NCBI GenBank assembly: GCA_951406725.2
Contig: OX597815.1
Coordinates: forward strand, 33,232,001 to 33,296,000
DNA: 64,000 nt
From: Octopus vulgaris
Lineage: Eukaryota
Reading direction: 5' to 3'
Part shown: in pieces, positions 13,132 to 28,506 of the stretch
Layout of the letters: the number at the start of each line of letters is the position of its first letter
How positions within the stretch are numbered: position 1 is the first letter of the stretch
The notes under the pieces: generated by a model
The model's database searches: none
Told to the model about the DNA's origin: nothing
The model's input: the letters and a program-made list of their open reading frames with translations, nothing else
Made by a program: the position numbers and the translations under genes

Positions 13132-13235
13132 CATTATTATTATTATTATCGAATTCGGAATCTTGGGGTTAGCAGCCCGCGCTCTTAACCACTACGCCAT
13201 ATGCCCGTGGACAAATATCCGTCAAATGTAAATAA
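12900..13235 (-). mobile_element. tRNA-headed SINE-like element: tRNA head, (TAA)n, HHR, plus inverted terminal fragment
   Basis: rc 13148-13206 GGCATATGGCGTAGTGGTTAAGAGCGCGG...; (TAA)n 13075-13148; HHR 12979-13024; 13209-13235 is an inverted copy of 12934-12961. Confidence 0.75.
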
Positions 13236-13519
13236 CGTACAAAATGTGCTTCTTGCTCAAAGTCACCGTGGTAGGGGGAAGCTGAAAGGATAAATGGAAA
13301 GGAAGCATGCGTATAGCAGTCGGGGACGTTAAATATAGATGAAGGAAATTTGAAAAAATTATCATTACAGTGTTGTAGTAAGAGTTTTTGTAATGGCTGG
13401 AGTTGCAGGCATTTTGATCAAAATGAAACTGCAAACTTTTGTCGCAAATTCTGCGAGAAATAATTTTTATATTCAAAAAGATATGATTATAGTAGAAAAA
13501 AAAATCAGAAAATTCATGC

Positions 13520-13618
<99 letters not shown>

Positions 13619-15705
13619 ACACAAACACACATATCGATATAACTTCTGTTTTTCTCTGACTGAATGTTTTTCTATGACAATCATTAGCAAAACATTGCCA
13701 GTTGTTTTTTAAAAATATACTTTTTCATCAAAAGAATGAAAATAATTTAATATTACGTGTGTGTGTATGTGTGTGTGTGTGTGTGAGTGTGTGTTTGTAC
13801 AGTATTGTTCTCTACTACCGGTTTTATTACCTCATACCTTTTTAAAATTTGTATAACTGCTTAAATATTTTATTTCTTTATTTATTATTTTTGTATCCAT
13901 TTTTTCTTGCAAACGTTCGTTTCCAAGCTCTAAGTTACAACTGTGTTGAAAAGACTAAAAGAATCTTTTGGAAAAGTCTTCGATCATACTTCTCTCCCAC
14001 TTCCGACTTTGTTTCGTCATAACGAAATGCATACTTTTTAATTGAAAATTTTCAGACATAATTTTTGGCGCGAATACATTACAATTATGCTGAGAAGATA
14101 TTTAGAAATTTTTCTTTTTGCATTTACAGAGTGAGTTTTAGATCATTCTTATTCCATGACATCGAATTTGTTACCACTAACTGATGTGTAACTGTTGCAT
14201 TTTTTTCTAAAAATTACGCAAAGTAATTGTAATCTGTACCTACGGAAATGAGTTTCTACAAAATTTAATTAATCGTTATTTATTTTAAAGAGAGTTACGA
14301 GGAAACAAAATTGGGTTGAGCGGTGAGCGGGAGAATGTTCTCAGTCTGTGCAAAGAAAGTTTTAAAATTTGATGACCATGATTCTAATCTACATAATCGA
14401 AATCCTTTCTCAGCAAAATTTCATTAAAAAATTTGCATTTTCAGGAAGTTATGAAGAAAGAGGATTAGGAATGCACATCGAATTCTCTCACTTTCTTTAC
14501 ACACACGCACGTGCAAACACACACACACACACACTAGGGAATACTACAAGTTATTAACGAGAAGGTGCAGTTAGGAGCGGGGTCAGGTTATTAAAGAAAG
14601 AAGTGAAATGCATATCTTAAGGTTACTTTTCTCATAGGATTAACCGGCCGGTGGTCTCGGTATTAATTGTACCCATTAGTGTCTCTATAGTTCTTTTTTT
14701 TTTTGTTTTTTTGTTTATAATAACAGAAATTATTTACTTTTATGTTTATGTAATGCTTTTGTTGGCTTGATATTATTTTAGTATGTGACTTGTCCTTAAA
14801 TATTATCCGCCTAACAAAATCAATGCCATTTTATTTGTGCCCTGTAGAGCACATATTTAATATATTCTTCTTACATACCGGCATATACTTAATTTTTACT
14901 ACAATTCGCTATATACGAATTGAGCCATATTTTTTCCCTAGTCTTCATTGAACTGTTGGCCTACCGAGACCTGTTACCTCCCCTTAAGCACTAAATTGTT
15001 TGTCCCCATGTTCTCCTCTCATATGTTATACCGTTAAGAGACTGAAGGACATAAGCGGCCCTTAAATTCAACTCTTTGTCTTATCTCTCTTACCTTTTCT
15101 CCTTCCTTTTTTTTTATTGTTTATCTATAAACAACCCTTTGTAACGGTTTTAACTTGTGAATTGTTTTAAATTGTTACTGACCAATGTAGAGACCACTGG
15201 ACTTAAACTTACTCCATTGTGTACCATAGGGGGTATTTTTGGTATTAATTTCCTGTGAGTAAATTTTTTATTTAGTAACCTACGTTAATTGTTTAACTTT
15301 ATTAATTTTACTCCGTTAACATAGGTTTGACCTTTGATAATTATGTTAGTATCTTCTTTACATACAGCTTCTGGATACCTTCTTTCTTTAACACCCTGAC
15401 CCCTCCTCCTAACTGCATCCTCCCGTTAATAACTTGTAGTATTCCCTAGTCCTTTAATAGCTCACTCTCTCATCTACGTTCTTTGAGTTCAGATGGTAAA
15501 TAATTATGTGCACTTAACATATTGGGCTTCTAGACTATTTGTCTAAACCATTCCTTCTTCCTTTTGTTTATCCTATTGTCACCTGCGCTCGACGTATTTG
15601 GTGTCCCTGCAACCATTGCCCGGGGATAAAACAGGTAAGGGATACTGATAGTATATACGGATATTTTATCCCATAGTCGATTACTACAACCGCTAACTCT
15701 CTCTG

Positions 15706-15744
<39 letters not shown>

Positions 15745-15795
15745 ATATATAGATAGATATAGATATATGTATGTATATATATATATATATATATG

Positions 15796-15859
<64 letters not shown>

Positions 15860-15861
<2 letters not shown>

Positions 15862-18066
15862 CTGGTCTTTACTCTCAATTCCACCCATATTGAGACCGCT
15901 TGGCAGCACTTTGAAAACATTGTCACCTATACATGCTCTAAACACGCTCCCACGAAATCTACTATCACAAACACAAACCGGCTCCCTAAAAAGAAAAAAA
16001 AACACTCATCAGGCGCATCAAAAGACTCAACAAAAAAATCAACCATTAAAATATTCCCACACACAACATCCACATTCAACAACAATGAAAAGGCTAGAGC
16101 TGGAAAAACTTCATCTGCAGACCGACGTGAAAACCTCCATTGAAAATCAAAGAGCTGTGGAGGAACAGTGGGTAATCAAAAACATCAAACATAACCCAAA
16201 AGTGTTCTATTCTTATGCAAATAAGCATAGAACCACTGTCTCACCCATTGGGCCATTGATTGATGATAATGGCATTCCCCAAAACGATGCTAAAGAAATG
16301 GCAGAAATACTGCAGAAACAATACTGCTCTGTCTTTAGTGTTCCCACTGATATTGACGTAAGAGAAGCGAACGTAGTTGACTCCCAACATAAAATCTCAG
16401 ACATAACCTTCACTGCCACTGAAATCGTAGCAGCAATAAATGAGGTTAAATACTATTCTGCTGTAGGCCCTGATAGATTCCCCGCTAGTCTCCTGAAGGA
16501 ATGTAGACACCAACATGCAGTCCCTCTGACCAACCTCTGGAGAAATTCGATAGACGCAGGTTATATACCGAAACAGTTTCTATCCCAGTCAGTCATCCCG
16601 GTTTTCAAACAGGGAAACAGATCCCTCGCACTCAACTATCGCCCAATCTCACTCACCCCCCACATCATTAAAGTGTTTGAAAGAGTGTTAAGATCAAGGA
16701 TAGCTGACTTCCTGGAGACCCACAAACTCCTAAATGCAAATCAGCATGGCTTTCACTGTGGCAGGGACTGTCTAACACAGCTCTTACACCACATTAAAGA
16801 TGTACTCAAAGCCTTGGGAACAGGTTCGAACTCTGATGTCATATATCTTGACTTCAGTAAAGCGTTCGACAGGGTAGACCATAATATCCTACTCTCAAAT
16901 TTGGCAAATGTTGGAATCCGTGGAAAAGTTCTACACTGGATTAAGTATTTTCTGGCGAATAGAACACAACATGTTGTAGTTGATGGAGTCCACTCAAGCC
17001 CAGCAAAAGTCACCAGGGGACTGTCTTGGGTCCGCTACTCTTCATAATTTACATAAACGACCTTTCCAGTGTCGTACATTACTGCAAAGTGAAAACATTT
17101 GCTGATGACACTAAGCTCCAGCAAATCGTCAATGAAGAAGCAGACCGAACTCAACTCCAGTATGATCTATATGCTGTGAGTCAATGGGCAGACAGAAACA
17201 AAATGCAACTGAACGAGGGAAAATTTGAGCTGATGCATTTTGGAAGAAATTCCTCACTAAAACAGCCATACTCTCTTCCTTCAGGAGAACCGCTCACAGC
17301 CTCTAACAATATCAGAGACCTGGGTGTAATTGTTGATGACGATCTCAGTTGGAGTGCACACATCAACAAGAAGGTCGATATAGCTCGTAGGATGAGTTCA
17401 TGGATCTTAAGAACTTTCCGGTCCAGAGAACAAGGTGTCATCATACCACTTTTCTCCTCCTTTGTACGGCCACACCTCGAATACTGCTGCCCACTGTGGT
17501 CTCCCCATACAAGACAAAACATCTCGAGGATTGAATCACCCCAGAGGGCACTCACTAAACGAATTGAAGGCATGGCTGCTCTCGATTATTGGTATCGCCT
17601 TAAAGCCTTGAAACTCTACTCTCTCCAGCGTCGCCGTGAGCGGTACATCATTTGTACGATGTGGAGAATATACCGCCAACGTTGCCCAAACGACCAGAAC
17701 ATTAGCTTCAAGGTTCATCCAAGAATGGGACCACGGGCCATACGTCCCCTGCCCAATTCAAGATCACAGCGTACATGTACACTGCAACATAATTTCTTTT
17801 CCTCAACAGGCCCTGCCCTATTTAACATTGTCCCGAAAGAGATCAAAGAGGAAAAGGATCCCATCAACTTTAAACGGAGTCTGGATAGATTCCTTCAAAG
17901 AATACCAGATAAGCCACCCATAATTGGATACAACTCACCCAACAAAAACTCACTACTTGAATGGATCATAAACAAAACTTGACTTAAACAGGATTCGAAT
18001 AATCCTATCAGGTGGTGGTATTAAGTTAGACATGGCCCCGACCAATCTTTAGTCGAAACATATCTA

Positions 18067-18068
<2 letters not shown>
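15860..18068 (+). mobile_element. 5'-truncated CR1/L2-group LINE, RT ORF2 frameshifted
   Basis: NYRPISLT, QHGF, IYLDFSKAFD, FADDTKL, VRPHLEYCCPLWSP; deletion/frameshift near 17012; ends CTAAGTT; (TA)n on both sides. Confidence 0.92.
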
Positions 18069-18117
<49 letters not shown>

Positions 18118-18231
18118 ACTTAAAATTAAACTTAAATGTTGAAGTGAATCGAACGGCTTTTGTGTGTTTCTTAAATGGCTTATAAACACCTTCCACGCTG
18201 CAATTGTTGTATATATATATATATATATATA

Positions 18232-18440
18232 GTTAATCCAAACATGAATAAAGGGAAAACACAAGGCGAGGACCTGGAACAAGTATAGTGTTATTGGACG
18301 CTCAGGAAAGGAAAGGAAAGAAAGAAGGAGGAGTTAACGTTTCGAGCGGAGATCTTCGTCAGAAACATAGAAAAAGGAAAGGTCAAAGTAAGGGAAGACG
18401 GAGAAAGAAAATCGCCAACTATACACACGCGGTCACATAT
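18232..18440 (-). mobile_element. Short repeat with HHR (18333-18366)
   Basis: rc GTTT-CTGACGA-AGATCTCCGCTC-GAAAC-GTT-AAC; homolog at 37021-37235. Confidence 0.65.
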
Positions 18441-19359
18441 TGAAATGACCGGAAGGAAATGGGTGAAGAAAAAGTTCTTTCAAATACAAGAGAGTGCAAG
18501 AGAAGCGAGCATGTGTGGGTATATGCGTGCGAGCAGGTCTGTGTGTGTGTGTAATGATAGCACGTGTGTCTATATATGTGTGTGTGTGTGTGTGTGTGTA
18601 GTTGTGGCTGTTTATCTATGTGTGTGGTTGGGCTTGGTATCGTTTAAGGTCATAGTAAGAATTTATAGTAATTTTGGTAGGAGTGGCTCCTGTTGTGTGT
18701 CTACCTACACATGTGCGTAGGAGAATGATCAGTAGAAGGTACTGGTAGTTTGAAGTATGTGTGTGTGTATACACGCACACAATTATACATGCATGTACAC
18801 ACACATACGCACATACAAGCACACACGCACACATACACTAAGTAAAGTACAGTTACTCCCCCACATACAATCCCTACGCATACACACATATACACACATG
18901 AACACACACATATATACACACACACACACTGCAAACAAAACACACACACTACATATTCCTACGTCTGGCCATTCTTATTACGGTCAGTAATATCAGGTCA
19001 TCACCCCACTATCAAGATAATTCTATAAGTCAATAAAGTCGTCTAAATTAAATAAAACTATTAGATTGCAGAGTTCAGCTCCATATAAGCAGCCCATAGG
19101 GACATTGGAAACCTAATCTATTCAACTTTACTCAAAGGGTATCATCAAAAAATAGGAGATATTTTCTGGCAAAAATGACATATAACCAAATCTATAACGG
19201 TAGCCTACTGCCGCCTAATTATAAGGCTGGCATTAAAAGATTTCAATAGTAGGATAATTTAACGATGACAAATGAATTTTTTGTTATCGACCTTCTTCTC
19301 TCACTCTCTTTCTCACTCACTCACTCTCCCTCTTTCTCTCTTTATCCACGTACTCCATT

Positions 19360-19426
<67 letters not shown>

Positions 19427-19645
19427 AAAATAAGACAGCGTAGAAAATGCTAAAATAATTTTATCATGAAGAACATTTTACCACGGTTTCAATCTTTGCG
19501 AATTTTTCAACTTAGAGTAAAGTATGAAAAACAATTAAATTGTGGAAAAATGAAATGAAATGTTTCTTTAGAATATTTCCATAGTTCTCAAATACGTAGG
19601 ATATTTTCCTTTCTTCTGTATCCCCCTTTTACTTTTGTGAAGACT

Positions 19646-19697
<52 letters not shown>

Positions 19698-19726
19698 GTG
19701 TGTGTGTGTATATAGGTGTGTGTGTG

Positions 19727-19797
<71 letters not shown>

Positions 19798-20251
19798 CAT
19801 ACATACACATATATATATATACATACATATATATATATATAATAGCCGATACAAATGTTGATTGGTTGCCTCCTTTCTTCACAGTGTGTGTAAGAGTGAG
19901 AGAGAGAGAGAGAGAGAGAGAAGGAGAGAGAGTAAGTAAAAGTGAGATGTAGAGAGAATTGGCGTAAGAGGTGCAGGATGACTGCACATGCTTGAGTTGG
20001 CAAATAATGAATAAAGAACACTATGCAGTGAGCCAGAAAGAATCCTAAAGAGGAGAGGAGAAAAGGGGATAAATGACGAAGTAGTTAGAAAATGAGAAAA
20101 GGGGAGATAAATGGAAGCGCAACATTTCAGAACAGTATACTAAAGTGTAAAAATATAGTAGAAATAAACGTTATGGAACAAAGCGGTGAGATAATAGAGA
20201 GCATAGGTAAAACGTGATAGGTAGAAGAGAAAGAGAAAGTAGAAAAGATAA

Positions 20252-20647
20252 TCTTTATATATAAAAGTGAGGTTGTGTGCTGTCTGTCTCCTACGATTTA
20301 GATTCCTAACTACTCCCACATTTTGCGGTGCAGTTTAACCAAAACCGGGTATCTTATAGTCGTGATTCATATCGAGCTGTTCTGGGTATTAGCGCACGTC
20401 TACGATGAGTCTACGATTAAAAAAAAATTTACCATCAATTTTTCCCATTTTTAATGCATTTTTGGCATATATAAGGGAAGTAACTCTCTAAAAATTTATT
20501 ATTAAATCTCAGAACGTAAAAAGCTACAGTAACACCCCCACCTTTGTGGTTAGCCATATTGAGATGGCTATTATACTTTACATCTCTAAAAATGCTTATA
20601 TAGTTATTTCCCTTACAAATCCGAGCAACGCCGGGCGATACTGCTAG
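20252..20647 (+). mobile_element. Non-autonomous Helitron
   Basis: A|TC 5' end, subterminal hairpin CCGAGCAACGCCGGG, CTAG|T 3' end, no TSD. Confidence 0.8.
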
Positions 20648-21029
20648 TCTAATATAAACTTACAATGCAAAAAATTAAAACATATACTTGAAAAGTTATT
20701 TGTAAAACAATGAAAATGATTTGATAATTGAGAATCGTCAAATGAAAAGGTATTTAAATAGTTCGAAGAGTAAATAGTTCGAAGAGAAGTTTTATAGAGA
20801 CGAATAAACACAAATAAAAGTGTGTTTTTATCTAACATGGAAAAACAAAGAAATATGTTCAAATTGGATAAAGTGAACGTAAATACAAATGCATTCAGAA
20901 ATGTGAATGTGTGTGTCTACAAATATAGACACGCATAAATATATAAGCATACACAAGTATACATATACTCACATACATATAACTGTATGGATATATACTC
21001 ACACACCTACACACAACCACGCATATTGT

Positions 21030-21250
21030 ATTGGTTTCAAATTTAGGCTCAATGCCAGCAATTTCAGAGGAGGGATTAGGTTGATTACATCGATCCCAGT
21101 GCTTGACTCGTACTTATTTTATCGAACTTATTTTAAAGGATGAAAGGCAAAGTCGACCACGGTGGCATTTGAACTCACAACACAAAGACGGACAAAATGC
21201 CGCTAAGCAATTAGTCCGGAGTGGTAATTATTTTGCCACCTTGCCGCTCT
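21030..21250 (-). mobile_element. SINE (Nin-domain type)
   Basis: AAAGGATGAAAGGCAAAGTCGACC...TTTGAACTC...CGCTAAGCA. Confidence 0.75.
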
Positions 21251-21478
21251 GTATACATTTTGCAAAGCAATAAATATTTTTCTGTTTTGAAAATTAGTAT
21301 TCAGTTCATCATTTTGTAATAAGCACCAATGTATGCCATGATATGACTATGATATCAACGTATACTTCCCGAATTGCAACGACTGACAAGATATCATTCA
21401 AACACACACACGCACGCGCACACACACACACACACACACACATACATACATACATACATACATACATACATACATACA

Positions 21479-21561
<83 letters not shown>

Positions 21562-21563
<2 letters not shown>

Positions 21564-21966
21564 TCTTACTCTTTTACTTGTTTCAGTCATTTGACTGCGG
21601 CCATGCTGGAGCACCGCCTTTAGTCGAGCAACTCGACCCCGGGACTTATTCTTTGTAAGCCCAGTACTTATTCTATCGGTCTCTTTGGCCAAACCGCTAA
21701 GTGACGGGGACGTAAACACACCAGCATCGGTTGTCAAGCAATGCTAGGGGGACAAACACAGACACACAAACACATACACACACATACACATATACATATA
21801 TATACATATATACGACAGGCTTCTTTCAGTTTCCGTCTACCAAATCCACTCACAAGGCATTGGTCGGCCCGGGGCTATAGTAGAAGACACTTGCCCAAGG
21901 TGCCACGCAGTGGGACTGAACCCGGAACCATGTGGTTGGTTAGCAAGCTACTTACCACACAGCCAC
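21562..21966 (-). mobile_element. Octopus-type tRNA-derived SINE, full length
   Basis: rc GTGGCTGTGTGGTAAG..GGTTCAGTCCC head, internal TA/TG tract, CAGCATGGCCGCAGTCAAATGACTGAAACAAGTAAAAGAG tail. Confidence 0.85.
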
Positions 21967-21997
<31 letters not shown>

Positions 21998-23133
21998 TGT
22001 ATGTATGTATGTATGTATGTATGTATGTATGTATGTATGTATGTGTGTGCGTGCGTGCGTGTGTGTGTTTGAATGGTATCTGTCAGTCGTTGCAATTCGG
22101 GAAGTATATACATATATATATACATATACATGCTCACACACTCACGCACGCACACACGCATATATATAAAAGATATTCCTACACACTTATGTATACGTGT
22201 GTGTGTGTTTACAGACGAAGTTGCTTGCTTATATGCATATATAGATGTGTATATGTACACACAAGTGTATATGCATATAATCACGTACATACACATATTC
22301 TTATGTGCATGTACGTGTGCGTGTGTGCGTGTGTGCGTGATGTCCCAAAGGAAACTTTACGTGTTTTCATAACTATCTGGAGGCTATTGTTAACATCGAG
22401 AAATGCCCTATCGTGTACTTCCAAATATGCGATTGGATGCATGCATGTATGTATTTATACATGCATACTTGCATGTATATATATAAGTATGTATGTGTGT
22501 TTGTATGTATGTATGTATGTATGTATGTATGTATGTATGTATGTATGTATGTATGTATGTATGTATGTATGTATGTGTGTGTGTGTATGTATGTATAAGT
22601 TTGGGTGTTTAATAGTGTAGAAGGTGATTTACGCTTTATTGATTTTTATGTCTTCCCGAAGACTATTGATGTCATAAATGAAATAACACAAACGAAAACT
22701 AACACGTGAAATGGAATTAGGTAATTTGGTTGCAAGAATCGTTTCATTGTGAAATTCCATCATCTCTACACTGACTGCCATCATAAATTACGGTAACTGT
22801 TTATATCTCAAAAACATTAACAAGCAAGACCTCGCCGGATATAATCCCCATAAGTCGATTTACAACCAAGTTCTTTTCCTTACATCTAAAATTTTAATTT
22901 CATTGATTTCCTGTATCTGCTATTTTAATTCATTTCTTAAGATGAAGGAAGAAATTTGGATGCAAATGTGGCTGGCCAAGCGAGCTCGTAAAAAAATTCT
23001 TTCATTCACGAACGTTTAAATATATCAACACGTTGAAACTGGACAATATATGTATATGTATGTATATATATATATGATTTTGATTTTGATTTTTCCAGTT
23101 TCAGCTAATGAGCTGTGGCCATGCTGGGGCACC

Positions 23134-23360
<227 letters not shown>

Positions 23361-23802
23361 AGTGATTATTGTAAGCGTAAGTGTAATAACATCATACAGA
23401 CTCATCCCCTTTCTATAAACATCATAAACAATTCTAGAAAAAGCTAACCTATACTATATTTTTCTCTCCAAATCACATGTATTCGAATTGTTACGCATGA
23501 ACCTACCAGGAAGGATAATGGAGCGTTTGCAGTATGTCACATTCCAATAGATTCGTGGCTGGCAATCGCAGTATGATGTGTGGTCATCATTTAGATACGG
23601 ATATGGTCTCTTTGGAGTAACGTATTTGCTTGACACATCTTATCTGGCCAACGCAACCGTATCAATAATAACTCATATTGTAATGTTATTGGAAATGTTT
23701 ATTTCTTTTCCTCTACGACATAGATCTGCGGTGTGATACCCAGTTAAACTAATAAGAGGATTATTTCTATTTCTTCATTTGAGATACCTTTGCTTACACA
23801 CT

Positions 23803-23850
<48 letters not shown>

Positions 23851-24613
23851 TACACGCACACACAAATAAACAAGCACACGCATTCACATTCACATACACG
23901 CACGCGCACAAGCATATTTCTTTCATTTCTTGCATGCTGTAGTTGTTCCGTATCTCAAGTTCATCCTTGGTTGAACAGTCCTATGTCATCACTATGTATT
24001 TGTCTAGTATAGGAGTTTACTGTACATTCCGACACGCAATAGTTTATCGTATGTAGGACTACTCGGAAACCTGAATATATCTTTTTCTCCTTTACCTGTT
24101 ACAATTTAACCCTAGATCAGCACTGAATGGTTAGAATTATAATCAAAGGAAAGTAAGTCATATTTTGCCATGAAGCTACGATATGCAATGTCTTCTTACT
24201 TTTATAAGATGCAGTGGATGTGATTTGAAGGTACTTGGGAAAAAAACGTCGAACAATCTACTGCTTGACATGTAAAAAGACAGGATAGCCATGGATGGAA
24301 TGCTTTCGATTACAGGCTTGCTTTGTAGGATTGAATGATGACTTAAGCTGCAAAAACGTCTCAATTTAGCTGGGTCTTTTTGCGCTTACCCTGCTTACAA
24401 TAGTGGAAAAATTACCCTAAAGTCACATCCTACCGCCTTACAAAACAGGCAGAAGCATTGGCTCTTGTAGTCAAGAATATTTTATGTCTGGAGAAGTAAG
24501 TGGCACATTGGTCACTGTCGGAACGTTTTTGATCAACTCGAAGAAAGTTGGCACTGGAATAAACGACAGCAACTAATGGTAACTCAACCGAAAATTTGCG
24601 CCAGTATACAAAT

Positions 24614-24646
<33 letters not shown>

Positions 24647-25388
24647 CGCACATATATTTCAATGTTAACAAGCGGTAAAATAAGTAGGATAACGAGGTGT
24701 GGAGTCAATAAGACAGACGATAGTTGTTACATGAATTCGGGTTTTCTACCGGTGAGTGTGTTAAATAATAAGGCACTAAAAGAGAATGACTCTCCCCAGA
24801 CACAACAGAATATGTTTCAACACACGAACTCATATAAAGAATCTTGCAAACCAAATCCCAAAACGAAATATAGAAAGTAGATATACATAATATACTTCTA
24901 CAACTAATACGTAATAAAAGGCGTATCGTATACCAATCAATATGTACGTTAATTTATAGCTTCCTGAACCACATTAATTCTTTAAAAACAAGCAACTTTT
25001 ACATCAATAGCTAGAAAAGATACAATTTGCGACTCAATTCCATATATGTGTGTGTGTGTGTGTGTGTGTACACACATATATATACATATTTGTATATATA
25101 TACATATATATATATACTTATATATGTATATATACATATATATGCATATATATACATATATATATACATATATATAATGGAATAATTACTATGAAGCATT
25201 GTGTAGAATATATTGTATAAAAGATCGTAGGTAATGGTAAAATAATGCGAAGTAAATACAAGGCAACATTCGTCAATTTCTTGAAAATGGTGCCATAACC
25301 CCGAAATATTGAATACAAGGTAAGTCTACGTTAATTCACATACTTGTTTTCTTGTGATTTACCTTGCATTTACTTGATATTCTATACA

Positions 25389-25448
<60 letters not shown>

Positions 25449-25452
<4 letters not shown>

Positions 25453-25565
25453 CACGTGATCACGTGACCGACCAGACCATCAGATATTGCTACACATCGC
25501 TGGTCACAATGCGTTCGCATTGTTTTAACCTTCGAATGACGCCACCCTGCTGGCTAAGCGAGCAG

Positions 25566-25569
<4 letters not shown>
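25449..25569 (-). mobile_element. 3' fragment of the SINE seen at 35382-35690
   Basis: Reverse complement of 35570-35690. Confidence 0.8.
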
Positions 25570-25642
<73 letters not shown>

Positions 25643-25644
<2 letters not shown>

Positions 25645-28163
25645 ATGATTTCATGGATGATTTCTTCCTGTCCCAACTGGTGCTCGAACCAACGAGATGT
25701 CACAAAAACGTCCTAGACTTAATTTTCAGCAATGACACTGACACTATCCACAATATTGCAGTGGAGGAAACTCTACTCTCTGATCATGACATGGTTCTCT
25801 GTGATCTGAGATTTCACCGGCCAAAATGCAAAACAAACGTCATCCCTCCTGTTCATCCATTTGACACTATTGATTTCCACAACGCAAACTGGGAAGCGAT
25901 CAGTAATGATCTTGCACAAGTCGATTGATCCTTCACGCACACATACACACCCACTAACATCAAAAACATCAAAAAGTCCTGGCAGTCATTTGTAGACACC
26001 ATTACGAACATATGTGCAAAACACACCCCATTAAGATCTGCAAACAAATCTAAGTGCAGAATCCCCAGAAATAGAAAAACTCTCATCAGGAAAATTAAAA
26101 GAATTAACAAAAAAATCAACAAGCTGAAATACTGTCAACAGCAACACACCAACCTGACTGCCATCACATCACTAGAGATTAAAAAACATAAACTCCAAAA
26201 CAACATGATGTTTATCATCAATAGTCAGAGAAGAGCTGAAGAGGCCTGGGCCACTGAGAAGATCAAACTTAATCCCAAAGTGTTCTTCTCATTTGCAAAA
26301 AAACACAAAGTTACTGGCTCTACTGTAGGCCCTCTGATTGATGAAAATTTTACTCTTCAAGACAATGCCAAAACCATGGGAGAGATGTTGCAGAAACAAT
26401 ACTGCTCTGTTTTCAGCAATCCTGATATGGCTGATCTGGGCTGTATCACTGATGTTACTCCCCAGTACACTTTATCGGACATAATCTTTGGCGCTCCTGC
26501 TGTCTTAGCAGCAATAAAGGAAATGAAGCATAATTCAGCAGTAGGTCCCGATAGGTTCCCTGCTTGTGTCTTGAAGATGTGTCAACACCAACTTGCACCC
26601 CCCTCTAGCCAATCTGTGGCGGAACTCACTGAATGCTGGATATATACCAGAAAACCTTCTATCCCAGTCTGTTGTCCCAGTTTTCAAAAAAGGAAACAAA
26701 TCCCTTGCGGTGAATTACCGTCCAATTTCACTCACCTCTCATATCATTAAGGTATTTGAGAGAGTGGTGAGATTGCGTATGACTCACTTCCTTGAGAGTC
26801 ATAATATGCTGAACTCCAACCAGCATGGATTCCGTAATAGAAGGGATTGCCTGACGCAGCTACTGCATCACTTCGATGACATTTTGAGAGCCTTGGGAGA
26901 GAGTTCCAACACTGATGTAATCTACCTTGATTTCAGCAAGGCCTTTGACAGGGTTGATCAGAAGATCCTTTTGAGAAAGCTGTCCAATATTGGTGTCACT
27001 GGAAAGCTGCTGCAGTGGATCAAGTGCTTCCTGTCTAACAGAACCCAACATGTTGTAGTCGAAGGAGTCAAATCCAGCCCAGCCAAAGTCAGTAGTGGTG
27101 TCCCACAAGGCACTGTGTTGGGCCCACTTCTCTTCATCATCTACATTAATGACATCACTGACATCATCAAACACAGTAACATCAGAATCTTCGCTGATGA
27201 TTCCAAGCTCCAGAAGGTCATCAATGGCGTGGATGACCGGATAAACCTTCAGTCAGACCTACTGGCTGTTGTCCAATGGGCGGAAAAGAAAAACATGTTG
27301 CTAAACGAAGACAAATTTGAATTGATCCACTTTGGAAAGGAGGACGCTCTGAAACTCCCATACTCCCTTCCTTCTGGTGAAACTCTCATGGCGTCTAACG
27401 ACATCAGAGACTTGGGAGTAACTGTGGACAACAACATAAGCTGGGCTACACATATAAGCAGTAAAGTTGACATGGCCCGCAGAATGTGTTCCTGGATTCT
27501 CAGAACCTTCCAGTCGAGAGATTCCCACATCATTATCCTTCTCTTCTCCACTTTTGCCCGACCTCACCTTGAATACTGCTGTCCACTGTGGTCTCTCTAC
27601 ACTAAACGAAATATTATGAAAGTTGAAGCTCCCCAAAGGTCAATAACGAAAAAGATAGATGGCATGTCAGACCTCGACTACTGGGGTCGACTGGAAAAGC
27701 TGAAACTGTATTCACTCCAACGACGCCGTGAACGCTACATTATCTGTATGATGTGGAAAATATTCCATCAGCACTGTCCAAATGATGTTGGTATCACCTT
27801 CAAAATACATCCAAGACTTGGACCCCGTGCCATCCGTCCACAACAAAAATCTAAATCGCATCTCATAACAACATTGCGGCACAATTATTTCACCTCAATT
27901 GGACCCGCTCTCTTCAACATTATACCAGGACACGTCAAAACAGAAACTGACCACACAAAATTCAAGAAGTCTTTGGACAAATTCCTGCAAACAGTCCCGG
28001 AGAAACCACCCACAACCGGATATGTCACCGCAAACAATAACTCTCTGCTCGAATGGACCTTGGTGCCCAAATCCTGAATTGAAAGACTTCGCCAGGTGGT
28101 GCAATTAAGTTAGACATGGCCTGGGCCAATACTGGCCAAAACCTTTCTAAGTTATTCTAAGTT
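25643..28163 (+). mobile_element. 5'-truncated CR1/L2-group LINE (end of APE endonuclease plus RT)
   Basis: [19 protein letters not shown]; IYLDFSKAFD; GVPQGTVLGPLLF; FADDSKL; RPHLEYCCPLWS; stop at 25926, frameshift near 26600; TTCTAAGTT tail repeated twice. Confidence 0.93.
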
Positions 28164-28167
28164 ATAT

Positions 28168-28199
<32 letters not shown>

Positions 28200-28352
28200 G
28201 CATATATATATGCATATATATATATATATACATATACATATACATATATACATATATACATATATATATATACATATAGATATATATACATATATATACA
28301 TCTAGAACTATATATACGTATATACATATACATCTATACATATACATTTATA

Positions 28353-28450
<98 letters not shown>

Positions 28451-28455
28451 GAAGG

Positions 28456-28506
28456 AGCTTCTACAGGACTAGTACTGTTTCATTCAAGAGAAATCTTCAG
28501 GAAGCT
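28456..28506 (-). ncRNA. Type I hammerhead ribozyme
   Basis: Reverse complement of 31362-31412. Confidence 0.72.

Noticed and set aside
13148-13206. tRNA gene (also 1496, 35382, 58571)
   Set aside because: No complete cloverleaf or acceptor stem; these are SINE heads
18020-18068. Hairpin plus GAAAC at the LINE 3' end resembling an HHR
   Set aside because: No CUGANGA core; explained as the CR1-type 3' stem-loop
19470-19515. Possible degenerate HHR on the minus strand (TTGAAAA...GAAACCGTGGTA)
   Set aside because: Core too mutated and no stem I
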